64,000 nt of DNA from assembly GCA_050251875.1 (NCBI GenBank), contig JBFWMA010000003.1, positions 315,006-379,005 of the forward strand, given 5' to 3'. Both the position numbers and the translations under genes were made by a program. Each line of letters begins with the position of its first letter. Position 1 is the stretch's first letter. The stretch comes from Deferribacterales bacterium. Lineage in GTDB: Bacteria > Chrysiogenota > Deferribacteres > Deferribacterales > Geovibrionaceae. This document shows, piece after piece, positions 1 to 11,032 of this stretch. Below the pieces are notes generated by a model, which searched no databases, had not been told where the DNA came from, and was given only the letters and a program-made list of their open reading frames with translations.

Positions 1-2804
1 AGACCAATGGTCGTCAGCAGCGCCACCTGAAAGTAAACATCATTGGACAGGCTGGATATCAGTGTCGCGGCTACAGCACCCACGATCCCCAGAGGCACTA
101 TCAGCATTACGGCAAACGGTACCGACCAGCTCTCATAGAGAGCCGCCAGACACAGGAAGACTATCAGCAGAGACAGTGAGTAGAGCAGGGGTGTCTGTGA
201 GCCTGCCATCCTCTCCTCATATGAGATTCCTGTCCATGAAAGCCCGATGCCCTGAGGCAGTTTTGTCGCCAGTTCCTGCACAATAGCCATAGCCTCGCCG
301 GAGCTGACTCCCGGAGCGGGAGCGCCCTGAATGTTTGTGGAGGATGTGCCGTTGTATCTTTCCAGCTTGGGTGAGCCGTATTCCCAGCGTGCCTTTGAGA
401 AGGCGGCGAAGGAAACCATCTCGTCTTTATTGTTTTTCACATACCACTTGTCAACATCTTCGGGGAGCATCCTGTAGGGAGCGTCACCCTGTAAATACAC
501 CTTTTTGATCCTTCCCTCGTGGAGGAAGTCGTTCACATAAGCCGAGCCCCATGCCGTCTGGAGAGTATCGTTGATATCAGCGACCTCAACGCCCAGCGCT
601 TTCGCTTTTTCGGTGTCTATATCCAGCTTAAGCTGGGGAACGTCAGACATACCGTTGGGACGCACGCCGGAGAGCTTGGGATTCTGAGCCGCCATGCCCA
701 GCATCATGTTTCTGGCGTTCATCAGAGCCTTGTGTCCCAGACCCGCCTGATCCAGAAGCTGGAAGTCGAAGCCTGTGGCGTTACCCAGCTCGATGATTGG
801 GGGCGGCATAAAGGGATATATGAAGGCGTCTTTGACAGCGTAAAGCCTCATCATGGCTCTCTGGGCTATCGCCTGCACCTTCTGGTCGGGATTTTTTCTT
901 TCGGACCAGTCTTTCAGCCTTACGAATCCGAGACCCATGTTCTGTCCGCGTCCGGCAAAGCTGAATCCGGTAACGGTGAAGATACTTTTGATATTGTCTT
1001 TTTCCATGGTGAGGAAATATTCCTCCACCTTTTTGGCGCTCTCTCTGGTTCTCTCTGTGGTCGATCCGGGAGGAGCCTGTATCATCAGCATCATGATACC
1101 CTGGTCTTCGTCAGGAAGGAAGGCAGTGGGTATCTTGGTGAACATGAAGCCGAGCCCGATGATGATGACGCCGTAGATAATCAGAAAGCGTATAGCTCTC
1201 TGGGCGACATATCCGATGCTCTTTCTGTATGTTGATCTTCCGGCGTTGAATGTTCTGTTGAACCAGCCGAAAAATCCTTTCTTGTCTTCTTTATGCCCTG
1301 CCTCAACGGGAGTCAGCATAGTGGCGCAGAGCGCCGGGGTCAGAATGAGCGCCACCAGAACAGACAGACCCATCGCCGAAACAATTGTCAGCGAGAACTG
1401 GCGGTAGATAGCTCCTGTGGAGCCTGAGAAGAAAGCCATGGGAACGAAAACAGCCGCGAGAACAAGGGCGATACCGATAAGAGCTCCGGTGATCTGCTCC
1501 ATTGATTTCTTGGTTGCCTCTTTGGGCGATAGCCCTTCTTCGCTCATAACCCTTTCCACGTTTTCCACAACAACGATGGCGTCATCCACCAGAAGCCCGA
1601 TGGCGAGAACCATGGCGAACATGGTGAGCGTGTTGATGGTGAATCCGAACGCGGAGAGTATTCCGAATGTTCCCAGCAGAACCACGGGAACGGCTATGGT
1701 CGGAATCAGAGTCGCTCTGAAGTTCTGCAAAAAGAGGTACATAACGAAGAAAACGAGGATGATAGCCTCTATCAGCGTTTTGATAACCTCTTCGATGGAG
1801 AGTTTTACGAAGGGGGTGGTGTCGTAAGGATATACAACGCCCATGCCTTCCGGCATATATTGTGTGAGTTCGTTGACTTTCGCTTTTACCAGATCGGCAG
1901 TCTCCAGAGCGTTCGCTCCTGTGGCGAGACTCACCGCCATACCGGAAGCCGGCATGCCGTTATATCTGGCGATGGTGTCATAGTTCTGAACACCCAGACT
2001 CACTCTGGAGACATCTTTCAGTCTGATCTGCGAGCCGTTTGTATTTACTTTCAGCAGAATGTTCTCAAAATCCTCAACGGTTTTCAGCTTGCTCTGCGCC
2101 AGAATAGTGGCGTTGAGCTGCTGACCTTTTACGGCGGGGTTACCGCCGAGCTGACCTGCGGAAACGTCAACGTTCTGATCTTTAACCGCAGCCTCAACCT
2201 CGGAAACGGAGATGCTGTAGCTGTGCAGTTTTTCCGGATCGAGCCATATACGCATGGCGTAGGGCTGTCCGAACACCTGCACGCTTCCCACGCCTCTGAC
2301 CCGGCTGACGGGGTCAACCAGCTTGGAGGTGATGTAGTCGCCGATGGCGTTCTGGTCGAGCTTTCCGCTTTCGGAATAAACACCGACAACCATCAGGAAG
2401 CCTTTAGAGGCTTTTGCCACAACAACACCCTGCTGCTGAACTTCCTGCGGCAGAGACGACATGGCTGTCTGAACCTTGTTCTGAACCTGAACCTGAGCGA
2501 TGTCGGGATCGGCTTCCGGTTCGAATGTCAGTGTTATCTGAACGTTACCGGATGAGTCACTGGATGATGAGAAGTATCTGAGAAAGTCGATACCTGTCAG
2601 CTTCTGTTCAATAACCTGTGTAACGCTGTTTTCCAGAGTTTCAGCGGACGCTCCGGGGTAGGAAGCGGTTATGCTGACACTGGGCGGGGCGATCTTGGGG
2701 TACTGCTCCACGGGCAGGGTCCATATGGCGAACACCCCCGCAAGCATGATAACTATCGCAATTACCCATGCGAAGATGGGTCTCTCTATGAAAAATCTTG
2801 GCAT
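1..2804 (-). CDS. acrB: RND multidrug efflux permease, AcrB/MexB family (3' end runs off the window)
   Basis: Not in the ORF track because no stop lies in the window. The reverse strand from ATG at 2804 reads [23 protein letters not shown]...[14 protein letters not shown], a typical AcrB N-terminus, and contains [16 protein letters not shown]. It lies directly after acrA. Confidence 0.95.
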   Translation of the reverse strand, partial: MPRFFIERPIFAWVIAIVIMLAGVFAIWTLPVEQYPKIAPPSVSITASYPGASAETLENSVTQVIEQKLTGIDFLRYFSSSSDSSGNVQITLTFEPEADPDIAQVQVQNKVQTAMSSLPQEVQQQGVVVAKASKGFLMVVGVYSESGKLDQNAIGDYITSKLVDPVSRVRGVGSVQVFGQPYAMRIWLDPEKLHSYSISVSEVEAAVKDQNVDVSAGQLGGNPAVKGQQLNATILAQSKLKTVEDFENILLKVNTNGSQIRLKDVSRVSLGVQNYDTIARYNGMPASGMAVSLATGANALETADLVKAKVNELTQYMPEGMGVVYPYDTTPFVKLSIEEVIKTLIEAIILVFFVMYLFLQNFRATLIPTIAVPVVLLGTFGILSAFGFTINTLTMFAMVLAIGLLVDDAIVVVENVERVMSEEGLSPKEATKKSMEQITGALIGIALVLAAVFVPMAFFSGSTGAIYRQFSLTIVSAMGLSVLVALILTPALCATMLTPVEAGHKEDKKGFFGWFNRTFNAGRSTYRKSIGYVAQRAIRFLIIYGVIIIGLGFMFTKIPTAFLPDEDQGIMMLMIQAPPGSTTERTRESAKKVEEYFLTMEKDNIKSIFTVTGFSFAGRGQNMGLGFVRLKDWSERKNPDQKVQAIAQRAMMRLYAVKDAFIYPFMPPPIIELGNATGFDFQLLDQAGLGHKALMNARNMMLGMAAQNPKLSGVRPNGMSDVPQLKLDIDTEKAKALGVEVADINDTLQTAWGSAYVNDFLHEGRIKKVYLQGDAPYRMLPEDVDKWYVKNNKDEMVSFAAFSKARWEYGSPKLERYNGTSSTNIQGAPAPGVSSGEAMAIVQELATKLPQGIGLSWTGISYEERMAGSQTPLLYSLSLLIVFLCLAALYESWSVPFAVMLIVPLGIVGAVAATLISSLSNDVYFQVALLTTIG

Positions 2805-2815
2805 TATATTATTCC

Positions 2816-3967
2816 TTACTCAGCCTTTTTTGCGGGTTCAACAGGTGATACTGCCGCTCCGGGGGCGATCTTCTGAAGACCTGCCGTCACAACTCTGTCT
2901 CCTGCCGCCAGACCTTCTGTCACGAGCCATTTGTCTCCAAGAACCTTGGATACTTTGATGGGGCGGACATTAACAACGTTGGAAGCGTCCACAGCCCAGA
3001 CTGTGACACTGCCGTCAGCGTTTCTGGATACCGCCTGCTGGGGTACTGTTATTGCGCCTGACTGTGAATACTGTGCAACGTTAGCCTTCACGAACAGACC
3101 GGGCAGAAGCTCTCCTTCAGGATTGGGGAAGAGTATTCTGAGCTGAACGGTTCCTGTGGTTTCGTCCACTGTGACATCTGAAAACTGAACCGCTCCGTTA
3201 TGTCCGTAGGCTTCTGATGAGCCCTCCAGAGTGAGCGTAGCTTCAGTATGCGATCCGTTTTCGCTTTTGAGCATCTTTTTCAGATTGATGATGTCAGCGG
3301 CGGACTGGTTAACGTCCACATAGATTTTGTCCAGATTCTGCACTGTGGCAAGAGCTGTCGCCTGATTAGCCGTTACGAGCGCTCCCTCTGTGACGGAGGA
3401 TTTGCCTATGCGTCCGGATATAGGGGCGAACACCTTTGTGTAGTCCAGATTAATCTTCGCTGTGGTGATGGCTGCCTTCGCCTGTGCCACTGCGGCTTTT
3501 GCCTGTGCCAGTGCGGAAACGGCATCGTCATATTCCTGACGGCTTACGCCGCCGGCGTCCACCAGCTCAGAGTATCTTTTTGCTCTGGGTTCAGCGGAGG
3601 TCAGGTTAGCTTCCGCGCTTTGCAGAGAAGCCACAGCGCTCTCATATGCCGCCTGATAGGGGGCGGGGTCTATCTGATAGAGCTGCTGACCGGATTGAAC
3701 ACGGCTGCCTTCGGTGAAGAATCTTTTGATGATGATTCCGGAGACCTGCGGGCGTATCTCAGCGATCTGATACGCTGAGGTGCGTCCGGAAAGTTCTTTT
3801 GTGAATGTGATGTCGCCCTGGCTGACAGTGAACACCTCAACCTCAACGGGAGGTCTCTGTCCTGCCTGCGCCGGCGCCGCAGTCGATCCGCCTTTGCCTT
3901 TGTAAAAATAAAAACCTGCGCCGAGGATTAAAAGCACGGCGATCACTGCTGCAATCTTAATTTTCAT
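2816..3967 (-). CDS. acrA: RND efflux periplasmic adaptor (membrane fusion protein)
   Basis: Motifs [32 protein letters not shown] and VDETTGTV; N-terminal anchor; adjacent to acrB. Confidence 0.95.
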   Translation of the reverse strand: MKIKIAAVIAVLLILGAGFYFYKGKGGSTAAPAQAGQRPPVEVEVFTVSQGDITFTKELSGRTSAYQIAEIRPQVSGIIIKRFFTEGSRVQSGQQLYQIDPAPYQAAYESAVASLQSAEANLTSAEPRAKRYSELVDAGGVSRQEYDDAVSALAQAKAAVAQAKAAITTAKINLDYTKVFAPISGRIGKSSVTEGALVTANQATALATVQNLDKIYVDVNQSAADIINLKKMLKSENGSHTEATLTLEGSSEAYGHNGAVQFSDVTVDETTGTVQLRILFPNPEGELLPGLFVKANVAQYSQSGAITVPQQAVSRNADGSVTVWAVDASNVVNVRPIKVSKVLGDKWLVTEGLAAGDRVVTAGLQKIAPGAAVSPVEPAKKAE

Positions 3968-3978
3968 ACGTTCCCTCT

Positions 3979-4563
3979 CTATTTAATAACTATCATATTT
4001 ATAAGTTTGATGGTGTCCTGCTTCATTTTCCCTGTGTCCATACAGGTCATGTTTCTGTAAAACATTGATTTCAGAGGTCCTATCACTGTGCCGAAAACCA
4101 TATCTGCCAGAATATACGGATCCACGTCTATAAAGATTCCTTTGTCGATTCCGTCTTTCAGCAGTTTTGCCAGCGGGTCTATCACCATGTGGAATCTGTC
4201 TCTGTACTCGTCCTCAACAGTCCTGATGTTGTGCATAAAACGGAAATAGACACACACTTCCTCGTGAACACGGTAGACGCTGTCTATAAACATCATGAGG
4301 CTCTCTTTCGGGGGATGCGATCCGTTGAAGATGTCTCTGTTGGATTCCAGTATAGGTGTGATGACTGAGTTATGAACATGGTTCAGCAGGTCGTCTCTGT
4401 TTTTAAAATAATTATACAGAGTGCCTTTCGCCACTCCGCATTCTTTTGCCACCTCTTCCATGGTGACGGCTTCCTGCCCGTGAACCAGTTTCATTACCGT
4501 ATCGACAATGTCCTTCTTTAACATATTGTCCAGCAGCGCTTTTTTTCTGCCAGCCTTGCTCAT
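3979..4563 (-). CDS. TetR/AcrR family regulator
   Basis: TetR HTH motif TMEEVAKECGVAKGTLYNYF. Start moved to ATG 4563, which follows an AGGAG RBS. Confidence 0.9.
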   Translation of the reverse strand: MSKAGRKKALLDNMLKKDIVDTVMKLVHGQEAVTMEEVAKECGVAKGTLYNYFKNRDDLLNHVHNSVITPILESNRDIFNGSHPPKESLMMFIDSVYRVHEEVCVYFRFMHNIRTVEDEYRDRFHMVIDPLAKLLKDGIDKGIFIDVDPYILADMVFGTVIGPLKSMFYRNMTCMDTGKMKQDTIKLINMIVIK

Positions 4564-4587
4564 TTCATATCCGCTCCTATTATATGA

Positions 4588-4648
4588 TGACTGCGGAGTC
4601 AATTAATGACTGTGAAGTCATAATATGACCGGAGGGGTTAAGTGTCAA
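4588..4648 (-). promoter_or_regulatory. sigma70 promoter of tetR-acrAB with tandem TGAC-N6-GTCA operators
   Basis: Minus-strand TTGACA (4643-4648), 17 bp spacer, TATTAT (4620-4625). Palindromes TGACTGCGGAGTCA (4588-4601) and TGACTGTGAAGTCA (4607-4620). Confidence 0.75.
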
Positions 4649-4669
4649 GGGAATAAATTGTGATGAGAG

Positions 4670-6334
4670 TTAAGATTTTTGTAATGCCACGGGGAGTGTT
4701 ATGATTATTCTGGCGCCGTTTCCGGTATTTTCCGCCTTCATAGACCCTCGGAAATGATCTTCTATGATCACTTTGCTCATGAAAAGACCGAGTCCGGTGC
4801 TTTTGGCGTCTTTTTTGGTTGTAAAATAGGGCTCGAATATTTTTTCCGCCGCCTCTTCGGGTATTCCTCTGCCGTTATCCTCCACCGTCACCGTGATATT
4901 TTCCGGCGTGGTGACTATATAGATGGTGATCTGACCCGGGTGGGTTTTGTCCTGTCCGTATCTGACGGCGATGGATTCTGCGGCGTTGTCCACTATGTTC
5001 ATTATGACCTGTTTCAGCTCCTCCTCATATCCGGATATGACCGTGTGTCTGTTGCCGCAGTCCGGCAGGATAAATCCCTCATCGCACGCCGCCTGCGATT
5101 GGTGGCAGGAACATCCCATCTCCAGATTTATATTGTTTCTGTACATCTGGATTTTAATCAGGTTTATCAGTTCCGATATGGTGCTGAACACCTCGAACTC
5201 GGATTTTTTGCTTTCGGGCGTGTAGAAGGTTTTGAACTGATCTATAGTGGAGGACATCTGCGAAACCACACGCATAGCCGTGGAGGTGAAATAATCTATA
5301 AACTCAGGAGTTATCCTGTCGTCCTCATACAGCTCGCCTACCTCCTGAATCATCAGCCCCAGAGCGTTTATAGGCTGACGCCAGTGGTGAGCGACAGCGT
5401 TCAGCATTTTTCCCATGTCCACAAATTTCTGCTGGGCGAAAATCACTGATTCCTGCTTTCTGCGCAGGGCTGTTTCCTCTCTGACTCTCTCTTCCAGATG
5501 GGCTTTGTGGTTTTCCAGCTCTTTTGTCCGGTCATACACTTTCTGTTCCAGGTTTTTGTTCAGCTCTTCCAGAGCGTCCGTTTTCTGCTTCAGCTCATGT
5601 TCTTTTTCCAGCCGTGTGGTGATATCCCTTACGATAGCCACCCCGTACATTTTATTGTCCAGAACCACCAGACTGAGACCTGACTCCACGGGAAACTGAG
5701 TGCCGTCTTTTCTTATCAGGGTGTCGTATACCGTCATCTCGCTCTTTTTATCCAGCTCCTGCTGATATACGGCGAGGGGTATGTTCGCCTCTTCCTTTCT
5801 GATATCCATAACGTTCATACCCAGCATCTCTTCCTTGGTATATCCGAGCTCTCTGCATGTTTCGTTGTTCACATATATTATTTCGTAGGTGTTGTATTCG
5901 GCTATGAGGATCATATCCCGTGAGAGATCCAGCAGTTTTTTTATCTCTCTCAGCCGTCTCTCGCCCGCTTTTCTTTCCGAGATATCGAAAACGTATGAAA
6001 TGATGAGGTGGCGGTCGTTCTCAGCCACGAAGTTTCTGATGATTTCGACATCCGCCAGAGAGCCGTCTTTTTTTCTGTGGACGGATTCGAACCGGAGTAT
6101 GGGGTTCACCTCCATGGAGGCTGTCTGTCTGGCGAAGTTTTCCGGAGAGAAGTTGACGTCTATGCCGCCCAGATCCATCTCTATCAGCTCTTCCAGAGAA
6201 TAGCCCAGATGCGCCGCCGCCGCTTCGTTGGCGTGGATGATCGCTCCGGAGATATCGACCCAGAGAGTAGGCAGAGGAGATTTCTCTATCAGCGATAAAT
6301 AGGACAGGTTGGATAAAAACTCCGAATATTTCAT
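4670..6334 (-). CDS. PAS-PAS sensor histidine kinase
   Basis: Two PAS/PAC repeats (HRKKDGS, IRKDGTQFPVE), H-box AVAHHWRQP, and HATPase boxes EDNGRGI, FEPYFTTK, GLGL. The start is uncertain; the ORF track gives 6394. Confidence 0.9.
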   Translation of the reverse strand: MKYSEFLSNLSYLSLIEKSPLPTLWVDISGAIIHANEAAAAHLGYSLEELIEMDLGGIDVNFSPENFARQTASMEVNPILRFESVHRKKDGSLADVEIIRNFVAENDRHLIISYVFDISERKAGERRLREIKKLLDLSRDMILIAEYNTYEIIYVNNETCRELGYTKEEMLGMNVMDIRKEEANIPLAVYQQELDKKSEMTVYDTLIRKDGTQFPVESGLSLVVLDNKMYGVAIVRDITTRLEKEHELKQKTDALEELNKNLEQKVYDRTKELENHKAHLEERVREETALRRKQESVIFAQQKFVDMGKMLNAVAHHWRQPINALGLMIQEVGELYEDDRITPEFIDYFTSTAMRVVSQMSSTIDQFKTFYTPESKKSEFEVFSTISELINLIKIQMYRNNINLEMGCSCHQSQAACDEGFILPDCGNRHTVISGYEEELKQVIMNIVDNAAESIAVRYGQDKTHPGQITIYIVTTPENITVTVEDNGRGIPEEAAEKIFEPYFTTKKDAKSTGLGLFMSKVIIEDHFRGSMKAENTGNGARIIITLPVALQKS

Positions 6335-6426
6335 ATCGATACCTTGCGCATTGCTGTATGTAAAAATTTTATCATTTTTATGATTGCGCAACAAGCCGAT
6401 GTGTCCGGATATCTTAATAAGCGGGA

Positions 6427-8175
6427 TCAGAAGCGGATAATTGTTTTTGCCCCGTCATTAAAATTCATGATTTTTATAGAGCCGTTAAGCTGTTCCTCTA
6501 TTATGCCTTTAGCCATATAGAGCCCCAGCCCCATGCCTATGTTGATGTCTTTTGTGGAGAAATAAGGGTCGAACACTTTGTCCAGCAGGTCTTCGTGGAT
6601 TCCTCCGCCGTTATCTGTTATCTCTATGACGAATCCGTTTCTGTCTTTGGAGAGACCGATTGTTATCTCGCCTTTTTCTATGCTCTTCTCAGTCAGCCTG
6701 TTTTTGATAGCCTCTTTTGAGTTTTGCAGACAGTTCAGAATGACCTGCCTGAGCATATCCGGATAGGTTTCAGATGAATATTTTTCCGGGTCGCATTCGT
6801 CCTGGTCGGAAAAAGTCCTGCCATCCAGAGTGAAAGTTAATCTGATCTCCAGAGAATCGAGCTGAGCCCGGATGATATTGTGGATTCCGAACAGCAGTCC
6901 GCATATGTTCACCCGGGTCTTTTTCTCGTCTGCGGTGAAAAAATTTCTGAAATCATCGATGGTGTCAGACAGCTTGTTCAGGCTCGTCATGGACGCCTTT
7001 ACCGTGTCCTGGATATATTCATCGTTCAGCTGACCCATCTTATAGGCGTCTTCCAGATCCTGAATACACATGCCTATGGAGTTCAGAGGCTGCCGCCACT
7101 GGTGGGCTATGGCGTTCAGGGTTTCGCCCATGCTGTAGAATCTCGCCTGCTGAAGCATGAACTTTTCCTGTTTTTTTCTCTTTTCCATCTCTGCCTGAAT
7201 ACGCTTCTCCAGCTCTTTGTTTATTTTGCTCAGATGAAAATCCTTTATCATCACATATCCCAGCAGAGCCAGCGCCAGAAGCAGAACAGAGACGGAGATC
7301 AGTGTTTTTCTGTAAAAGCTGTGAAGCTCGTCATATATTTCGCTCTCCGGTGTCGCCACCGCTATGGACCACAGGTTGTCCAGCATGTGCACGGGGGTGT
7401 ATGCGGCGTGTTTCACTATGGTTCTGGTCTCTTTGTCTTTTGTCATGTCATACTGATAAACGGCGAAGCCGGACAGCCCCTGCTTCATCTTATCCGCCAT
7501 ATCCAGTACGGACGGGAATTTATGCGATGTTCTGCTGATGTTTACGCCGACATGCCCCGGCACCGGACAGTAAAGCTCCACGCCGTCACGGCTTATCATC
7601 CACGAATAGCCGTCACTGCCTATCTTGATGACCTCCAGATAGGTTTTGGCTATGTATTTGAAATCCACCAGAAAGGCGATGGCGCCGATGAATTTTCCTT
7701 TTTCGAAAACAGGCTGGGAGATCGCCACTGTGGGATATCCCTGAACAGATAAAAAAACATCGCTGACGTTCGGTTTGTGCTCTTTCAGCAGTTTATCCAC
7801 ATGCGCCTGCCCGGCGATGCTTTTTCCCTGCACTTTTTCCGGATTAGGGTATGAATAGAGTATTTGTCCGCCGCTGTCATAGCGTGTGATAGCTGAAATA
7901 TATCTGGAATAGTTGGCATAGCTTCGTGAGATGGTGTTTCTTCCGGTGACGCTCATGCTGATAATCTCCGGATCGTCCGAAAGATATCTCAGATGGTCGA
8001 TCTGCTCGCCGAAGAAATTTTCGATGCTTCTGGCTGCCTGTTTGGCAATCAGCATCTGCTTGTCGTTGAGCTTGTCGGTGGTCTGCTGTTTAACCTCTTT
8101 ATACGGTATATATATCATGTATGCGAAGGCGAATGTGATAACCGTGAAAAGAGCGACTCTGATCCATGTTTTCAT
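6427..8175 (-). CDS. membrane sensor histidine kinase with a Cache-like periplasmic domain
   Basis: Two TM segments flank a periplasmic domain; H-box AIAHQWRQP; DNGGGI, FDPYFSTK, GLGL. Confidence 0.9.
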   Translation of the reverse strand: MKTWIRVALFTVITFAFAYMIYIPYKEVKQQTTDKLNDKQMLIAKQAARSIENFFGEQIDHLRYLSDDPEIISMSVTGRNTISRSYANYSRYISAITRYDSGGQILYSYPNPEKVQGKSIAGQAHVDKLLKEHKPNVSDVFLSVQGYPTVAISQPVFEKGKFIGAIAFLVDFKYIAKTYLEVIKIGSDGYSWMISRDGVELYCPVPGHVGVNISRTSHKFPSVLDMADKMKQGLSGFAVYQYDMTKDKETRTIVKHAAYTPVHMLDNLWSIAVATPESEIYDELHSFYRKTLISVSVLLLALALLGYVMIKDFHLSKINKELEKRIQAEMEKRKKQEKFMLQQARFYSMGETLNAIAHQWRQPLNSIGMCIQDLEDAYKMGQLNDEYIQDTVKASMTSLNKLSDTIDDFRNFFTADEKKTRVNICGLLFGIHNIIRAQLDSLEIRLTFTLDGRTFSDQDECDPEKYSSETYPDMLRQVILNCLQNSKEAIKNRLTEKSIEKGEITIGLSKDRNGFVIEITDNGGGIHEDLLDKVFDPYFSTKDINIGMGLGLYMAKGIIEEQLNGSIKIMNFNDGAKTIIRF

Positions 8176-8284
8176 TTATATGAACCTGCCGGGTGTTGTA
8201 TCTGAATTATAACAGCAGTAAACGGGTTTTACTTAATAATTGTAAAAAAAAGGCTCTTCTGTTAAAAGAAGAGCCGTCAGAGTG

Positions 8285-8551
8285 TCATGACATTTCCTGT
8301 ATCTGCGCCTCATAGCTGGCGTGAGAACACTCCTGTGCCTCCAGCCCGCCGCTTATCATGCGCAGCATGCGGGAAATTCTCTCGGATTCCTCATTTGCGC
8401 TGTCCAGATAGCTTTCGAGCATATCAAGACATACTGTGGGTTCCCCCTCGTGAGGCATGCTGTAATTCTGCATCATGCCGTGAAAATTCTTGTAAAATTC
8501 AGGTGTGTTAGAAAAATATGAACGTCTTCCCATGTCAGCCTCCATCGTCAT
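8285..8551 (-). CDS. hypothetical protein
   Basis: A GGAGG precedes the internal ATG at 8533, and a terminator-like hairpin (GGCTCTTCT...AGAAGAGCC, about 8252-8275) follows the ORF. Confidence 0.55.
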   Translation of the reverse strand: MTMEADMGRRSYFSNTPEFYKNFHGMMQNYSMPHEGEPTVCLDMLESYLDSANEESERISRMLRMISGGLEAQECSHASYEAQIQEMS

Positions 8552-8689
8552 AACGGAAGTTGTTTTAAGGGCCTGTCCCCTGCGAAGCCGTATAGCGGAG
8601 ATGCGCTGAGCGCGCTCGTTCCGTGGTTCATATCTGATTATATCACGCTTTTGCGTGTGTTTCGCACTTTGGCTGAAAAAACTGAAAAA

Positions 8690-9379
8690 TTATTTCAGGG
8701 CGTATTCCGCCGCCGCCTCGGCGTGAATCTGAGTCGTGTCGAAGATGGGGGTCGGACAGTCCTGCTGTTTTATCAGCAGTCCTATCTCGGTGCATCCGAG
8801 GATGATTCCTTCCGCTCCTTTTTCCGCCATGCGGGCTATGATCTGTTTATATTTTTCTCTGGATTCGGGCTTTATCTCGCCTTTAACCAGTTCGTCATAT
8901 ATCACGTTATGTACGGTATCTCTGTCCTCTTTTTCGAGGATAATCACGCTTAAGCCGCCCTCTGTCAGCCTGTCTTTATAAAAATCCTGTTCCATGGTGA
9001 ACCTGGTGCCCAGAAGACCCACACGTTTGATTCCCAGCGACAGTATCTTTGCCGAGGCAGCGTCCGCTATGTGCAGCATGGGCATGCTGACGGCTCTCTC
9101 CATGTCGTCTTTCAGCTTGTGCATGGTGTTGGTGCAGAGGATCATGAAGTCCGCTCCGCCCCTCTCCAGCTTCTTGGCGGCATCGGCGAGCATCCAGCCC
9201 GACTCGTCCCATTTTCCGGCGGACTGAAGAGCCTCTATCTCGGCAAAGTCCACTGAATACATAATTATCTTGGCGGAGTGATATCCGCCCAGACGCTTTT
9301 TGATTACGCTGTTGATTATTCTGTAATATTCCAGAGAGGATTCCCAGCTCATTCCGCCTATCATGCCAATAGTCTTCAT
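8690..9379 (-). CDS. aspartate/glutamate racemase family (YgeA-like)
   Basis: MKTIGMIGGMSWESS N-terminus with catalytic Cys motifs LCTNTMH and LGCTEI. Confidence 0.92.
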   Translation of the reverse strand: MKTIGMIGGMSWESSLEYYRIINSVIKKRLGGYHSAKIIMYSVDFAEIEALQSAGKWDESGWMLADAAKKLERGGADFMILCTNTMHKLKDDMERAVSMPMLHIADAASAKILSLGIKRVGLLGTRFTMEQDFYKDRLTEGGLSVIILEKEDRDTVHNVIYDELVKGEIKPESREKYKQIIARMAEKGAEGIILGCTEIGLLIKQQDCPTPIFDTTQIHAEAAAEYALK

Positions 9380-9414
9380 ATGTCACCAACTAAAGAAAAT
9401 AATTATAAATAATT

Positions 9415-10272
9415 TTATTCGTTATTATCTTCCGGGTCAAGAACATCTCTGCCGGATGCCTCATAGGCTATCATGGCTCTCTTTCTATCTGCTCCCCATC
9501 TGTATCCGCTGATGACTCCCGTCTCTCTGAAAACTCTGTGGCATGGGATCAGGTATCCCACACTGTTCTGCCCCAGAGCGGTTCCCACAGCTCTGGATGC
9601 GCCCGGACAGCCGATCTCTTTTGCTATTCTGCCGTATGAGGCGAAGGTTCCGTCCGGAATATTCATCACAGCCGTCCAGACTTTAATCTGAAAGTTTGTG
9701 CCTTTCATAAATACTTTTATCTCTCTTGCACCGCCATGCCGGGCGAAGATTTTTTCTATGGTGTCTCTGCCTTCTTCGGTGTTTTCTGAAAAGACGGCGT
9801 TTTTCCATTTGTCACGAAGCGCTGTCAGCTCTGCGTCTCTTCCTCTGTCTCCGGTAAAGCTCAGCCCGCACACGCCTCTGTCTGTCACGGCGATCAGACA
9901 TTCGCCGAAGGGCGTCTTTTGAAAGCTGTGTCGGATGCTCAGGCTTTCGCCCATGCTCTTATATTCTCCGGGGGTGACCGCCTCCGTGCTGACAAATAGA
10001 TCGTGCAGGCGTGAAGGGCCGCTGAGCCCCGCCTCGAACGCTGTGTCCAGAACAGACCGGGATTCGGTCAGCAGTTTTTTCGCTTTTTCCACAGTCAGAT
10101 ATTGCAGAAAACGCTTGGGGCTGATGCCTGCCCAGTCTTTGAACAGTCTCTGGAAATGAAACGGGCTCAGATCAAGATACCTTGCCACGCTCTCCAGATC
10201 AGGCTGATCGTCAGCGTGCTCCATTATAAATTTTATGGCTTTTTCGATTCTCTCATAGTCGCCCATGCTCAT
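9415..10272 (-). CDS. AraC-HTH plus methylated-DNA-protein-cysteine methyltransferase (Ada-type)
   Basis: AraC segment LSPFHFQRLFKDWAGISPK; GTNFQIKVW; active-site PCHRV. Confidence 0.9.
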   Translation of the reverse strand: MSMGDYERIEKAIKFIMEHADDQPDLESVARYLDLSPFHFQRLFKDWAGISPKRFLQYLTVEKAKKLLTESRSVLDTAFEAGLSGPSRLHDLFVSTEAVTPGEYKSMGESLSIRHSFQKTPFGECLIAVTDRGVCGLSFTGDRGRDAELTALRDKWKNAVFSENTEEGRDTIEKIFARHGGAREIKVFMKGTNFQIKVWTAVMNIPDGTFASYGRIAKEIGCPGASRAVGTALGQNSVGYLIPCHRVFRETGVISGYRWGADRKRAMIAYEASGRDVLDPEDNNE

Positions 10273-10276
10273 TTTG

Positions 10277-10933
10277 TCACCTGTGTGAATCGATGAAACC
10301 GTTTATCTGGCTGTGCCAGACGTCTGGGTCGCTCTCGCCGGGGCTGGTCTCTTCGTTAAAGATCAGATCAGGGATATACCGCGGGGTCTTTCCGCCGTTT
10401 TTCATGGATTTCACGCAGGACACGCAGTAAACGGCGACATCCTCCTCCGGCATCTCCGATGCTCTGCGGGTCATTTTCTCCAGCACCCGCTCTTTCGGCA
10501 GTGAACCGTAATAGCTGTCCCCGCAGCACTTTCCGTTTACCCCGGTGGCTTCGGGCTCCGTGATCTCTATGTTCATGTGTGAGAGGACTGTTCTGACAGA
10601 GGTATGGAGTTTTTCGTCTTTTCTGGTGGGGCAGGCGTCCAGAACGGTCATCCGCAGTCCGCTGTGATCGGGAAACTGAAATCCGGGAATGTTCAGAAAC
10701 ATTTCGAACAGAGACACAGCGGATACTCCGTCATACAGACTGCCGTATCTCCTGATGCATCCGGGACACAGCGATATGATTCTGGTCTCCTCTTCGAATT
10801 TCGGTTTGTGGTGACAGCATGTTTTATACATGCCGGTTACTTCGAAATGCTTCCTGAGAAGATTGAATATTTTTTCCGCCAGTTCCGGTTTATAAATCAG
10901 AAGCGCGCACCCGGGGGCGAAGACAGTGTTCAT
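10277..10933 (-). CDS. cysteine-rich CCG-domain Fe-S protein
   Basis: Motifs FAPGC, TCC, CPGC, DAC, KCCG and YCVSC. Confidence 0.75.
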   Translation of the reverse strand: MNTVFAPGCALLIYKPELAEKIFNLLRKHFEVTGMYKTCCHHKPKFEEETRIISLCPGCIRRYGSLYDGVSAVSLFEMFLNIPGFQFPDHSGLRMTVLDACPTRKDEKLHTSVRTVLSHMNIEITEPEATGVNGKCCGDSYYGSLPKERVLEKMTRRASEMPEEDVAVYCVSCVKSMKNGGKTPRYIPDLIFNEETSPGESDPDVWHSQINGFIDSHR

Positions 10934-11032
10934 GTAAATCTCCTATGCGTTTGCTATGCTGATAAAATAGCCGAAAACGCAAAACATGCCCACCCGATTG
11001 TTGCTGTTATGCTTTGGAGTGTGGAAAAAAGG

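Noticed and set aside
62..2958. Several plus-strand ORFs of up to 238 aa
   Set aside because: They are antisense shadows of acrB/acrA with no recognisable motifs. The same applies to most short overlapping ORFs in the track.
4670..8175. Two tandem kinases without a response regulator as a novel system
   Set aside because: Orphan kinases with the AHxWRQP H-box are common in such genomes, and nothing else here marks them as special.
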